Source: Eledone cirrhosa (taxonomy: Eukaryota). Taken from it: 64,000 bases of DNA. The stretch spans positions 48,546,001-48,610,000 of the forward strand of contig OZ024751.1 of assembly GCA_964016885.1 (NCBI GenBank). Reading direction: 5' to 3'. Both the position numbers and the translations under genes were made by a program. Below are positions 1 through 14,324 of this stretch, one piece after another. The first letter of the stretch is position 1. Every line of letters begins with the position of its first letter. The notes under the pieces are model-generated. The model was not told where the DNA came from and searched no databases. It saw only the letters and a list, made by a program, of their open reading frames with translations.

Positions 1-13
1 ATATATATATATA

Positions 14-53
<40 letters not shown>

Positions 54-171
54 GATATATATCTCTCTCTCTATATATATATATGTACAGATATATATAT
101 ATATATATATATAAATATATATATATAAACATATATATAAATATATGTATGTATATATGTACAGATATCCT

Positions 172-204
<33 letters not shown>

Positions 205-685
205 GTGTGTATGTGTGTGTGTTTGGGTATGTCTGTATGTGGGTGCCTGTGTGTATGTATATGTGTATATTTGTGTATGTAAGTATGTGAGTATGCGTAT
301 ATATGTCTATGTGCGTGTTCGAGGTTGTTTTTTTTAACAGATATGAGACCTCTACAAGAAATAACTAATATATATTGGCACTGAATGTTATTACTTTCTT
401 ATTTCTCCTCAATTGTAATATTCCTGTTTACTGTGGTTTATATATCATTATTTATTTAAGTCGAATATACACATACAGAACTACCTACCTATCTCCATGT
501 ATGTATGTATGTATGTATGTATGTATGTATGTATGTATGCATGTATGTATGTATGTATGTATGTATGTATGTATGTATGTATGTATGTATGTATGTATGT
601 ATGTATGCATGTATGTATGTATGTATGTACATATATGTATATGTATATATGAATATATATGGGTGTATATATATATGTATGTATG

Positions 686-732
<47 letters not shown>

Positions 733-797
733 ACATATATATATGTATAAATATATATATTTATATACATATATATATATACATATACATATATATT

Positions 798-872
<75 letters not shown>

Positions 873-899
873 GTATATATATGCATATTTACACATATT

Positions 900-973
<74 letters not shown>

Positions 974-1319
974 AATATGTGTAAATATGTTGCTTTCTAT
1001 TATATATATATATATATGTATATATAATAGAAAGCAACATTTATTTTGCTCATTTATATTGAATATACGACCATGTTCTCGATGTATCGTTTTTTTTATT
1101 AGTGATTCTTGTAATTTCTTTACCGTTCTTTACAATTCCACAGACTGCATCGTTCCTAGATCTTCAATCTCTTATCTTCTCGATGTAGGTTCTGATGTTC
1201 AGCCTGAAATCATCTCTGAGTTTGCTGTTTTATATAGATGTAGCGTTACGTAATATCCTTTCATAATTTTCCTTTAATCAAATCCATATAGTGGGCTTTT
1301 AAAATGAAGCCATTATTTT

Positions 1320-1500
1320 TGGCAGTATCGGTAGAGGGTCGGACGCCATGTTTTCCAGCATAGAGGTACGTCCCTTTATGATCTGAGTTCAAATCCCGCC
1401 GAGGTTAACTTTGCCTTTCATCCTTACGGGCTCGATAAAATAAAGTACCAGTAATGCACTGGGTAATTGGTGGCCTTGTGCCTAAAGTGGAAACAATTAT
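1320..1500 (+). mobile_element. tRNA-derived SINE (family S1)
   Basis: A-box-like TGGCAGTATCGGTAG, B-box GAGTTCAAATCCC, body CTTTGCCTTTCATCCTTACGGG.TCGATAAAATAAAGTACCAG and tail GGCCTTGTGCCTAAAGTGGAAACAATT. More than 10 copies in the window. Confidence 0.9.
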
Positions 1501-1663
1501 TTTATGTGTCATCCATAAGTTTTCAAACATTAGCCTTTTTTTTTTTAGTGTCAAACATACTTTATGCACGTCTGTTCAGATTATATAGAGAAATACAATG
1601 ATGTCAACTACTACAGCGAGAAACACCAAAATATGGCAATAAGAACAGACATGCATAAAGTAT

Positions 1664-1720
1664 GTTTTATCTGATGAAAGCACACAAAACTTTGTGGCCT
1701 TGAAATACGTGTAATAAAAT
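1664..1720 (+). ncRNA. Type I hammerhead ribozyme, family A
   Basis: GTTTTAT-CTGATGA-[AAG..CACAA aact TTGTG..CTT]-GAAA-TACGTG-TA-ATAAAAT, followed by AATAAA. Related to copies at 19003, 40888, 56496 and 56767. Confidence 0.7.
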
Positions 1721-1771
1721 AAATATGGTATAATAAATGATATTTTACATTTATTAATATTTTTAATATTA

Positions 1772-1957
1772 ATAATTGTTTCTACTTTTGGTACAAGGCC
1801 ATCAATTACACAGTACATTACTGGTACTTCATTTTACCGACCTCGTAAGGATGAAAGGCAAAGTTAACCTCGGCGGGATTTGAACTCAGACCGTAAAGGG
1901 ACGTAACTATGCTGGAAAGTATGGCGTCCGACTCTCTACCGATACTGCCAATCCACA
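1772..1957 (-). mobile_element. SINE S1 copy, inverted relative to 1320-1500
   Basis: Reverse complement of the S1 head, body and tail. Confidence 0.9.
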
Positions 1958-2076
1958 CCCACATATTTTTAATATTAATAATACTAACTTGTAATACTAA
2001 CTAATATTAATAAAAATAACTTTGCTGAATGATAATCAACAAACCATATAACTCATTGTTTATATATATATATATA

Positions 2077-2178
2077 AATCCAAAGAGGGCTCGATAAGGA
2101 TAAATATATATAAAATATATAAGAACCGTTAAGGGTGAAAGCAGCGATTCTTTGCTTAAACTTTAATCTGTTATTTTA

Positions 2179-2183
<5 letters not shown>
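2077..2183 (+). mobile_element. Fragment of repeat family F (PLE pLTR-like) in (TA)n
   Basis: CCAAAGAGGGCTCGATAAG...CCGTTAAGGGTGAAAGCAGCGATTCTTTGCTTAAAC. Shared with 17281-17490, 19570-19612, 41083-41203, 52789-52826 and 63950-63981. Confidence 0.75.
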
Positions 2184-2273
<90 letters not shown>

Positions 2274-2990
2274 CTATTTGGTTATTAGTTCATTCATGTT
2301 TCGTGCTGGGAGGAAATTGGAGTGAAATAAATAAAAAAACAGAAGTACTCTAGGTAGAGTTTTCTCAACTTCTCTTCACCTCTGTATTAACAAATCAGGG
2401 TCATTTGGTAACTTTTCAAATCTCGTTTTCTCTTCCACTTTCTCACCCCCTCTCGCTATCTATCTATTTACCTCTCTATCTACCGATCGAGTGATCAATC
2501 TATCTACCAGTATGTCTGTCAATCTTTCTTTCTATCTTTCTCACTGACTATATCTATAGCCATCTATATTTACCAAAGTACCTATCTTTGGAAAAGAACG
2601 ACAATCACAACAACAAAGCAAGGTTCCCAAAAGATAGCCAAATTAATATGTAGAACAATGACAGGGCAATTTAATGAATATATGTTTGATAATGATTAAT
2701 GAATATATAGAAGAACATTTCTGTAATAAATATAAGTGCATGTTAAATAAATTGCGGCTTGGCAATAGTGAAGGAGAAACTCGCGGTTTCAAGAATAGAA
2801 TATTATAATCAAGTAATTATTAAATTGAATTTTTCTTTAAACCCGTCATTTTTTACGGGTACTACGCTAGCATATATAGGTACACGCATGTATATATTTA
2901 CACACTCACTCTGTCTCTCATACACTCAGTTATATCTATCTATGTATCTCTGTCTCTCTCTCACTGTCTCTCGCTGTCTCTCTCTCTCTT

Positions 2991-3110
<120 letters not shown>

Positions 3111-3204
3111 CATATACAGAGAGAGAGAAAGAGAGAAAGTGTCATGTAAGTATACGAATAAAAATCTGTTAAACTGAAATTTCACTATGTCATGTCTCAT
3201 ATAT

Positions 3205-3273
<69 letters not shown>

Positions 3274-3385
3274 TAAGAGGAATTCCAACTTTGTCTGATT
3301 TACTCGTTTTATTTATAATCCTTTAAAATATATAATGGTATTATAATGAAATAGTATGATAGAATATTAAATTCTAAGTGTTAAT

Positions 3386-3424
3386 TGAACAAGTACTTTC
3401 ATGCTTTCGCAATCTTCAGGTTCA
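3386..3424 (-). ncRNA. Minimal type I hammerhead ribozyme
   Basis: Reverse complement of the 3513-3551 motif. Confidence 0.85.
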
Positions 3425-3512
3425 TAATATGTGGTGACAGTCGAGTTTGCAATTTTCAACTGTGAAAATTTCAACAGTTCAAAATTGCAAACTCGACTGT
3501 CACCACATATTA

Positions 3513-3551
3513 TGAACCTGAAGATTGCGAAAGCATGAAAGTACTTGTTCA
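3513..3551 (+). ncRNA. Minimal type I hammerhead ribozyme
   Basis: TGAAC-CTGAAGA-T[TGC gaaa GCA]T-GAAA-GTAC-TT-GTTCA. Stem I is TGAAC/GTTCA and stem III is the palindrome AGTACT. Confidence 0.85.
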
Positions 3552-3721
3552 ATTAACACTTAGAATTTAATATTCTATCATACTATTTCATTATAATACC
3601 ATTATATATTTTAAAGGATTGTAAATAAAACGAGTAAATCAGACAAAGCTGGAATTCCTCTTATTAATATAATCTTCTAAACACAATCATACACACCCGT
3701 GTATATTTACCTATCTATCTA

Positions 3722-3872
<151 letters not shown>

Positions 3873-5203
3873 CTACATACTTACATGCATGTATACATAC
3901 AAACACATATACATGAGTGATTTTCGGAATAAGTAACTTAAGGAACGAATGCATCAATGATCGATTACTGAGCGAATATTGTAGGAATACTGTAGGAAAC
4001 CATAGGAAAAGATTCGAAAGAATAGACGAATAAACAAATACGGTCACTCTTCAGAATGGTAACGATTGCCAATAACTGCAGAGACACACAACAAACTCTT
4101 TTGTAGTCGTATTATTTGAGCAAGAACACTGAGCGAGCAAAGAAATCTAAATCTATATGAACTGACGAGCGCAGACGATAGGATAGAAGCTAGCAGACGA
4201 TGGATGCTAAGAATCGTTCTGACGCTAAATTCAGCCATCTAAATTAGTATTTCATTGTATAACTAGGAATGGTAACTTACTTCCTGTTCTTCACAGATTA
4301 ATGTTGATCTCACAAATTACGCAGCTCGGCTAATACGCCGACATTTTCTGATAAAGGCAATATTTAATATCAATGGCGAGAATTGCTGACGTAAGGAAAA
4401 GCAAGCGAAGTGATGGTGAAGGTGGTAGTGGTGTTGGTGGTGGTGAAGGTGCTAGAGGGTGATGGTGGTGGGGGAGACAGAAGAGTGAATTCAGGAAGTG
4501 GAAAGACAAAAGGCCAAGAAACGGATAAAGGGAGATAGAAAGAAAGAAGTTATATGTATATGTGTGAGTTTGTAAGTATGTGTATACGAAGTAGCAGGCG
4601 GGAAAAAGGTGGCCAACGACAAAAATAATTATATAATGAAAGATAGAGAGAGAGGTGGAGATAAGGGGTGGGGGGCACAGAGAGAGAGGTGGAGATAGGG
4701 GGGTGGGGTGGGGGACAGAGAGAGATAGACGATGAGTGAAAAGGTAAACGAAAAGGACAGCAAGAAGAAAAATAAGGAATTGAAGAGAAAAAATGTGTAT
4801 GTATATATGTTTGTATATATATGTATATATGTTTCTTTATATATATACATATATATACATATATATATATATACATATATATATATACATATATATATAT
4901 AGGCACACATACCTACACACACACATTTATATATACATAAATACACATACGTACATATATATACATACATATATATATATATATACATATATATACACGT
5001 ATATATACATATATATATATATATACATACATACACACACACACATATATATATATATATACATATATATATACATATACGTACATATATATATATGTGC
5101 ATAGATGTCTGTGTGTATATATATATATATATATACAAAGTGAGGGAGAGAGAAAAACAAAGAAAAGCGTGAGATCGATAAAGAGAAAGAAAAAAAGAAA
5201 GAT

Positions 5204-5273
<70 letters not shown>

Positions 5274-5680
5274 GACGGAAGAAAGAAAGAAAGCAATAAA
5301 GGAAAGAGGAAGTGTAGTGAAAGAGTGCTTTCTTCCTCCAATGATCAACTTCATTGGAAATTCCAGTATCACCTTTCTTGGCCTCTTTGGCTTTATTGAT
5401 GAAATTTCTTCAGCAAATGAATACGACTTTGATGCCTTTGGCACAAATAGCAATATGTCAGCCACCCAACCTACCTCACCCTAGCCCAATCTCTAGCCCC
5501 AGACGTAACTAATCTCTCTCTCATCCTCCTCTTTCTCTTCTCTCTCTCTTTATCTTGTCCATCTTCTCTCACCCTCCTCTCTCTCACTTTATCTTACCCA
5601 TCTTCTTTCACCTTTCCTCTCTCTCTTCTCTCTCTCTTCTCTCTCTCTTTATCTTACCCATCTTCTCTTCCAATTCCCCC

Positions 5681-5713
<33 letters not shown>

Positions 5714-6290
5714 CGTTTCTCTTATCCTTCTTCTCTCTCTCCCTCTCTTCCCATCCTCTCTATCTCTTTATCTCTCACTCTCTTGCTCTCTTTCTCTCTC
5801 TCACTCCTCCTCTTTCTCTCTTTCTCTCTTGCTTTCTCCCCCTCTCCCTCTCCTCTCACTCATTCTCTACTAACTCCCTCTCTCCTTGAAATAAACCAAC
5901 ACATCCCAAGAGCTCTCCAACTCCCCCTCTAAATAAGATTCTCTCTCTCTCTCTTGCTTGTTCCCTCCCTCTCTATCTATCTTTCTCCTCACCCCCCTCC
6001 GCCCGCCACCCCACCACCCCACCATCCAGTTTTTATTTCTCCCATTTTTCTATTTGTTTTATTTAGGTAATTTTTATATTTTATCTATTTATTTGTAATT
6101 TTATTATTTTTATTTATTTGTTTACTCATATTTTTCTTTGTATTTTTGATGTTTTGTTTTGATTTGAATTTTTTTATGTTTATTGTTTTTGTGTTTCTAA
6201 TTCTTTTTACTTTTGATTTTGTTGTCTTCTTTTTATCATCATCTCTCTATCTTATGTAATTAATTAATTCATTTGTTCGTTAAGACTTCT

Positions 6291-6296
6291 ATAGTG

Positions 6297-6341
<45 letters not shown>

Positions 6342-6701
6342 ATAGTGGTGGTGGTAGTAGTAGTGGTGGTAGTAGTAGTAGTAGCAGCAGTATCAGTTTT
6401 GGATGTAGTAATAGTAGTAGTAGTAGTGATAGTAGTAGTAGTAGTTGTAATAATAATAGTAGTAATACTAGTGGCTCTAGTAACAGTAGTAGTAATAGTA
6501 ACAGTAATAGTAGTAGTAGGAGCAGCAGCAGCAGTAATAGTAGTGGTGACTCTATTACTATCATTATCATTCGTGTTTGTATTATTTTTATTAGTATTAG
6601 TAATGACTAGTGTTGGTAGTAGTAGCAGTAGTAGTAGTGACTCAATCATTATTATTATTATTATTATAGTGACTGGTATTAGCAATAGTATTAGTGGTTC
6701 C

Positions 6702-6737
<36 letters not shown>

Positions 6738-6740
6738 TGT
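6291..6740. repeat. (TAG)n-rich trinucleotide repeat
   Basis: Directly visible. Confidence 0.97.
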
Positions 6741-7215
6741 TGTTCTTTTAGATGTTTTAAGTTTTGTCATGGTTGTTGTTAATGTGTTGCTAATGTTATT
6801 GTTGTTGTTCTTTTTCACGCTTGCCGTTGCTATTGTCCATGATTTTGTTCCTTATTGTTGTCGGTGTTGTTTTTGTTATTGCAGTGGGCTCCTTTTCACA
6901 CCCTTTGTTCTTGGCGAGGGTTGGGCTGTTGGTGAGTGGTCTAACACGTCTCACCGACAAAAGCTGGACAACGCTGTCTTTTATAAAATTGCAATAATTG
7001 GAACAGAACGCGAAAATGATAAATTTCCTTTCCTTTTCTCCTCTCCCCACCACTTCACCTTTTATTCCAACTTTACTTATTTACTCAGTTAAAGAAGTTC
7101 GTCTTATTAACATCGAACGACGCCATTCGAGCAATACTTAAGCTACGCAATGTAGCGCATTGTTTATGGACACGGCCGCCATTTTCTTTTCATCGGTTTA
7201 TTCATTTCTTTATGT

Positions 7216-7350
<135 letters not shown>

Positions 7351-7392
7351 GTTTTCTCTTTTCGTTTTGCCACCTTTCGCTTTTCATGTCAC

Positions 7393-7455
7393 CTTAAAAG
7401 TTCAGAGCGAAGGTCTTGGTCATAGTAGTCATTCTTTCTGTCTCGTCCATTGAAC
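7393..7455 (-). other. Candidate 63-nt coding exon (FNGRDRKNDYYDQDLRSELL)
   Basis: On the minus strand: CAG acceptor, a single open frame, AAG|GTGA donor, length divisible by 3. Protein not recognised and splice signals weak. Confidence 0.25.
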
Positions 7456-7829
7456 CTGTTGCTTATTTGAAAAAAATTCGTTGAGCAATTAGCTTTAGCT
7501 TCACCTAAATCTCTTTTGTTGGATTCTGATTAGTAAATATTATATGTTGGAACACCGTAGTAAATTAGCTCTTTAGTTAACCAACTTGGATGTCCTATAG
7601 AGGTTGAATCAAGAAGCAATATTTACATCGAATAGGCCAGTGTTCCTTCCGAAGAGTTATATTAATATATGTCATAATAATGGGGCGTAAGTGGATCTTA
7701 CACATATAAAGGAATACACGCGTAGCATCAGGATATTTTCAAATAAATATACACTCATAAACATGCACATACAGACAAACACATACGCATACACATCTAC
7801 ACAGACATACGTACAAATTCACATACACA

Positions 7830-7901
<72 letters not shown>

Positions 7902-8070
7902 CATAAAGGTATGTGTCTGTGTCTATGTAAATGTGTGTAGATATCAGTATATATGTACATATATATGTAAATATGTAAATATATATACACACACACACAC
8001 TCACGCATACATATATATATATGTATATATATACGCATACATATATATATATGTATATATATACGCATAC

Positions 8071-8111
<41 letters not shown>

Positions 8112-8196
8112 AATATATATACATACATATATATATGTATATCTATCTATCTATCTATCTATCTCTATCTATCTATCTATCTACCTATCTACCTAC

Positions 8197-8272
<76 letters not shown>

Positions 8273-9618
8273 GTATATATATATATAAACATATACAAGC
8301 AAGCTTTCATATTTGTAATGCAGGAACGTCAGTTATTATGGATATTACAATAACATCTATGGAATACATATAAATTGAATTGAACGTAAATATGTATAAT
8401 GAATAGACGTATATGAGAAATCGATTCATAAAAATAGGGGGTGAGGGACAGGATTCTATGAAACAGAATTCATCTGCGAGTATATTAAAGTATGCATATA
8501 TGATGAAGTGTGTATACACAGAAGTATGCAGGTTTGTGTGCGTTTATATCATGTAATAATATATCATAATATACCAATAAGTATCAGTCTATGTGTACAT
8601 GAGGAGGTGAATTAACAGAGTCGCTCGGGTGTTGGATTAAAGACGTAGCGGTATTTGTTCTGGGTCATTGGAACCTGAGTTCAAATCCTACAACGGTTAA
8701 CTTTGACTTTCATCCTTTCTACATGCAATTTCTTTACTTGGGATGGCCTTCACTTCTTAGTTTCTCTGCAAGAAATCAGTTGTGTTCCAACCCAAAAGTA
8801 AACGTAAACAACAAAGAAAATAACACAGTACAATGAAGAAATATATTAGTTTAATGCTTGCTATAGTAGGAACAGATTTATTACGTTCCGGACACTAGTC
8901 CTTGATCTGAAGAAAGAATGACGATTAAAAGGTGATATAAAAAAGATAGAGATTGAGAAGAAAAAGGAATAGAATACAGTTTTTAAAATAAAAAGCACGT
9001 CCGTGTGTGATCATCTTATATCTGTTGTAAGTTAATAGTAACTTAATGATGATCTTATGAGTGTATAGTTTAGAATCCTGAATAAGATTTCCCACTTAGA
9101 CTTAATATATATATATCTGCTCTCCAAACAAGTCAATCCGATCGAATTTTTAAGTTTCTCATAGGGTTACTCCCTTGATAATGGCTTTTTAAACCCGAAA
9201 ATATTTGGGATCTTTATCTTGGCGATCGAATGTTCACCCTAATGCATTGTTTGGCTTTCAAAATTTAAATTTGTGTCTCCTATATTAACAATGCTTCAAA
9301 CCATCTACAAAACTCTATTATAAAATGTGTTTTCCTTTTAAAAAAACCCTGCACAATGTAGATAAACTATAATAAGTACCCACAGAGATAGAAACATTGG
9401 ATAGATCTGGCAGATGGAGTCCAACCACGTCTTTGTTGTTAGAGGTCGATTGCGATAAACCTTACAGAAAAGGGCCCCACTTTATCGTTATTTAGTACTT
9501 GATATAATATTGTAAGGGACATTGTCGTCAAAGCAGAGTTGGTTAGTTGTCAAACTCTACCAGCCAGTGATTAGCTACTGGTTATTGAATTTTATTCCCT
9601 GAAAAAACACTGATGTGA

Positions 9619-9685
9619 ATTAATATAACCCTTAAATTAATATAACCCTTAACTTAATATAACCTTTAAATTAATATAACCCTTA
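9619..9685. repeat. 17-bp tandem repeat, about 4 copies
   Basis: TTAATATAACCCTTAAA repeated. Confidence 0.85.
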
Positions 9686-10275
9686 TATGATTTGCAGTTA
9701 ATTAATTGAAATCGAAACATTAATTGAAATACAAATTTTGTGGATATTTCAAAAAAACATTTGAATATTCATTCATCTTAGAAGAACCCCTTCCTTATTA
9801 TCATGATTCTACAATTAATTAAAATTAGAAATTTAGGAGGTTATAGAAATTATTCAGCTTTTGGCTTTTTCACTTGTTACCAGTCAGTTTCGACTGTATG
9901 TGTTTTCCTATATGTGAGCTGGACACACTCAAAACACGCCGCACACATACACTGCATTGTTATGTATTCGCTGCTATGCTTAGGAGAGTATCATACACAA
10001 CGGGCTCCTATTTTTAATTATAATAACAAATTTACAAGATAATAACAAATTTACAGACAGTAATCTGAAAGGCTACTTGAAATACGAAATTTCTTCAAAT
10101 TAATTTAGATCTGAACTTCAAAAGAAAGTTTACATTTAAGACTACCTCCTACATAATTTTCAGCAAAAACTTACATATACATTAAGAAAAGAATTGACCA
10201 ACATGGGTGACCTCTATTTAGCAAGTAAAATATGAATAGTAGACAAATCTCCCTCAGACCACATCCTATTGCCTT

Positions 10276-10311
<36 letters not shown>

Positions 10312-10405
10312 GCATGGAGGAACGAGCGAGAGTTTCACTCAATACAAACATGTTTTATATCTATCTATCTAGCTATTTATCTAACCTGCCTGTCCCTCTG
10401 TCCGT

Positions 10406-10486
<81 letters not shown>

Positions 10487-11245
10487 CCTCTCTCTCTCTC
10501 TCTCTTTATATATATATATCTATATCTATATATATATATATATAACCTGCCTGTCTTTCGGTTCATCTGTCTGTCCGTTTATTTGTGTGCTATCTGGTGT
10601 ATTTTGCGGATGCTTTTAACTATTTATGTGTACCGTCTTTATTGATATGGTTGCGTACACTGCAGTACTTATACCAACAGATCAGGCTCTTAGTTTCAGT
10701 TTTATAGAGATAATAGTCAATCTATGAATGGTAAACCGAAAGGCTACTTGAAGCACGAAAGCTTAAATCAATCCATCCGCACAACGTTTTGTTTCAAGGT
10801 AAGGAAATTAATTTAGAGCTGACTTTCAACTGAAATTTTATTTTGATAAATGTTTCGTGTATAATTTCTAGCACACACCTTAGTAAACAGTAGCCATAAA
10901 CATAACTTTGCAAACCTATAATTATTCTAATTTCGTCACTCCTACTAATATTTGTCTTAATAATCGGTTACAGAACGTGGGTCTGTTATGTATTACGTGA
11001 TTTACAAATACGTTCCCTCCCCCATGTCTATAAAACTTGCATTCGTTATAAGCATGACCTCATTTTAATGACTTGTGAAACCTGTTGAACGTATAACGAC
11101 CATAACTATTGCTGTTAAGATGGATTTAGAGAGCGAAAGGAATAAATACACTTCGTATTAATATTCATATCTGCCTGATGTATGTATCTACGTGGGATTT
11201 TACAATAGGAAAATGTATATATATATAGAGAGAGAGAGAGAGGGG

Positions 11246-11308
<63 letters not shown>

Positions 11309-11744
11309 GAATGGCAAGAGCCAATATAAATTAGTAGTAAGAAGGTAAAACTCAGGAGCACGAGATGGAGAACAAATAGAATACACAAACAAACGAACAA
11401 ACAAAAATGGCAAATATTATAATACCATTCTGACTATTGAATGTCAGAAGTTTTGTTGATCATGACGAGTAATAAAAACAAGTTGATATTTCCTAAATCT
11501 GTGAGTCTATATATATATAAATATGCATACACAGACACACACATATATATAAGGGTAAAGAGAGCTTTCGATTTACGATTACGTTTGGTCATGTGATTTG
11601 CACCTAGAATCTTCACCTCTGGGTAAGGTGTTTTTTTGGGAGAATAGCTGTTGTTCATGCATAGCACTCTCTCTTCTCTATGCCAACGATGTTGTGCTAG
11701 GGAAATACAAATGACCGATACATTGTAGCATCAGAGAAGTCGTA

Positions 11745-11885
11745 ACTCATTCATGCAGCTGATTGCACTGGACCAACGCGGAATAAAGTGTCTTGATCTA
11801 GGACACATCACAACTTCCAGTCCGTCTGAGAATCAGAGTCACAAGCTCACGATTGCGAATCCTTATCTTAGCCACTAAATCACGC
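11745..11885 (-). mobile_element. Second tRNA-derived SINE family (S2), diverged
   Basis: AATAAAGTGTCTTG.TC.AGGACA followed by a reverse tRNA-like head. A related copy lies at 51870-51975. Confidence 0.65.
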
Positions 11886-12018
11886 AATTTCAATGTATGT
11901 ATACTGTATATATATATATATATATATTTATTTATTTATCCGGGGTTCAATCGGGGGTAACCACAGTAAGTAAGGTACTCAATACATAGCAGAGTATAAA
12001 TACTTAATATAGAATTGG

Positions 12019-12065
12019 TTTCTACTGGACTAGAACTGTTTCATTCGGAAGAAATCACCAGGAAA
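12019..12065 (-). ncRNA. Degenerate hammerhead-like motif, family D
   Basis: Minus strand TTTC-CTGGTGA-T[TTC ttcc GAA]T-GAAA-...-GTA-GAAA. The core has A6G and stem III is imperfect. Host fragment 11935-12068 also occurs at 44909-44975 and 45098-45165. Confidence 0.45.
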
Positions 12066-12355
12066 GTTTATATATATATATATATATTGCCAGGAGTGTG
12101 TATCTATATATTTTACCATGGCAGGGAGGAAATTAGACGATGTGGCCAGAGAGCAGGGTGTTTCAACGAGACGTAGAAGAGGGAGTTAAGACCCCGAGGC
12201 AAATTATCCTCTATCCAGGCATATCAACATATCCTTCTATATGTGCATGAAACATGAAAGAGGTATATTAGATCCTTTCTAAAAATTAGATGTTGAGAAA
12301 TGGGGTTCAACAATGAGCATTTGGTCAAATTCTACGGCCATAAAACCATGAAATA

Positions 12356-12543
12356 ATAGTTTCTACTTTTGGCACAAGGCCGGCAATTATCACAGTGTAT
12401 TACTGGTACTTTATTTTATCAACCCCGTAAGGATGAAAGGCAAAGTTAACCTCAGTGGGATTTGAATTCAGACCGTAAAGAGCCGCAACTCTATGCTGCA
12501 ATGCATGCTGTCCTACTTTCTACCGATACTGCCAATCCACCAA
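12356..12543 (-). mobile_element. SINE S1 copy
   Basis: Reverse complement of S1. Confidence 0.9.
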
Positions 12544-12590
12544 TGGCACGCAATTGGAAATACATTTCATATCTGGCTTATATATATATA

Positions 12591-12771
12591 TAGGAAAATG
12601 TTTGACCCCTAAATGTTTGAGCTCAAGCTGTTCTGGAGTCCAGAAATAGCCGTCGAAACGGCTTGAGCTCTGCCATCGGGGTCAAACATTTTCCTATTAC
12701 CCACTCAACTACCCTAAGTATTGAGTACTCTGGTGTGTTATGGTTCATATGGTTCTTTACCACACCTTCGT

Positions 12772-12772
<1 letters not shown>
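12591..12772 (+). mobile_element. Family E pLTR-like fragment with a fold-back
   Basis: GAAACGGCTTGAGCTCTGCC.TCGGGGTCA...CCCTAAGTATTGAGTACTCTGGTG. Other copies at 26736, 28781, 33971, 34204, 34417, 39860, 45272, 48518, 48665 and 63711, all in (TA)n. Confidence 0.85.
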
Positions 12773-12821
<49 letters not shown>

Positions 12822-13133
12822 TGTATGTATGTATGTATGTATTTATGAATAAATATTTATATATATTATACTCACAAACACACAAACACACACATACAAA
12901 CACACATACAAGCACACACACACACATATATATGTACATTCGCGCAATCAAACATGTACACGTATACACATATGTTTAGTCATATATATAATTAAATTGT
13001 ACATACAAACGCTTTGCACACATATATATATTATTGAAAAAGCGTATTTCTACCTGAAATATTGAGTAAATAAAGAGAAAATTTATTTTTTGTTCATATA
13101 CTTAATGTTTCTACGATTCACTTACAAAGTATG

Positions 13134-13225
<92 letters not shown>

Positions 13226-13243
13226 TATATATATATATATATA

Positions 13244-13287
<44 letters not shown>

Positions 13288-13374
13288 TATATATATATAT
13301 ATATATATGTGTATATATATATACATATATATATATATAAATATATTATATAAATATGTATATATATATATATG

Positions 13375-13496
<122 letters not shown>

Positions 13497-13889
13497 GTTT
13501 GTAAAGGTGTCTCTATACGTATGTATGTGTGTATGGGTTTATTATCCACACACATACGCACGCTCATAAACATATTGTTGTTCTATAAAATGGCTGTCAA
13601 TTTATCTTCCTCAGCCATCACTTATATATTCTCTCTCTCTCTCTCTGTCTCTCTGTATCTCTCTCTGTCTCTCTCTGACGAATTACAATGATTTTATTTG
13701 ATTATGACCACTATAGAACAGTGTATATATGTCACTTTACTTAGCTGTTTCGTCAAACACTTCCGGCAAGTCAAAACCGTCTTATCACACAGAACTATCA
13801 CACACATACACTGTATAATTTAGCTCTGATTTAATGTCAATAACAACAACAACAGCAACAACAACAACAAAACAATTATAATAATGACT

Positions 13890-14092
13890 ACCAATTTAGG
13901 CACAAGGTCAACAATATTGGAGGAGGCGAATGTCAATTAAATCGACCCAGTGCATTACTGGTACTTTAATTATCGATCCCGTTAGGATGAAAGTCAAAGC
14001 TAACCTCGGTGGGATTTGAACTCAGATCGTAAGGGGCCTTACTTCTCTGCGCCAAAGCATGTTGTCCGACGCTCTACCGATTCAGCCAATCA
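13890..14092 (-). mobile_element. SINE S1 copy
   Basis: Reverse complement of S1. Confidence 0.85.
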
Positions 14093-14324
14093 GCCTCGTT
14101 CGTTGAGCGTGTATATATTATCCGGAACTCTAGTTGTTATTCCCACCACAATACGAACTAAATTTAACGTGTCTCTCAGTTTTCGCGCGTTATTGAGTCT
14201 ATATATATATATATATATATATATCGAGCGCTTGCCACACATATCGGATGTTGATTTTCGTTAATTCCTGTGCTGAAATACGATTCTTGCTAATTTATAT
14301 TTGTATATATATATATATATATAT

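Larger units (their letters stand above)
3270..3668. mobile_element. Fold-back element with two ~190-bp inverted arms, each carrying a minimal HHR
   Basis: 3270-3456 is the near-perfect reverse complement of 3481-3668, with a few substitutions. The left end abuts (TA)n. Confidence 0.9.

Noticed and set aside
1320-1400. tRNA gene
   Set aside because: A/B boxes are present, but there is no cloverleaf and it continues into a repeated SINE body.
4040-4190. CTGAAGA (minus, about 4050) and CTGACGA (4162) as hammerheads; likewise 8907 and 13675
   Set aside because: No stem II-GAAA-stem III arrangement follows.
5330-5470. Unique segment with open frames on both strands
   Set aside because: No recognisable protein or convincing splice sites.
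10062-10875. Diverged direct repeat GAAAGGCTACTTGAA..ACGAAA at 10068 and 10738
   Set aside because: A real but old duplication with no diagnostic features to classify.
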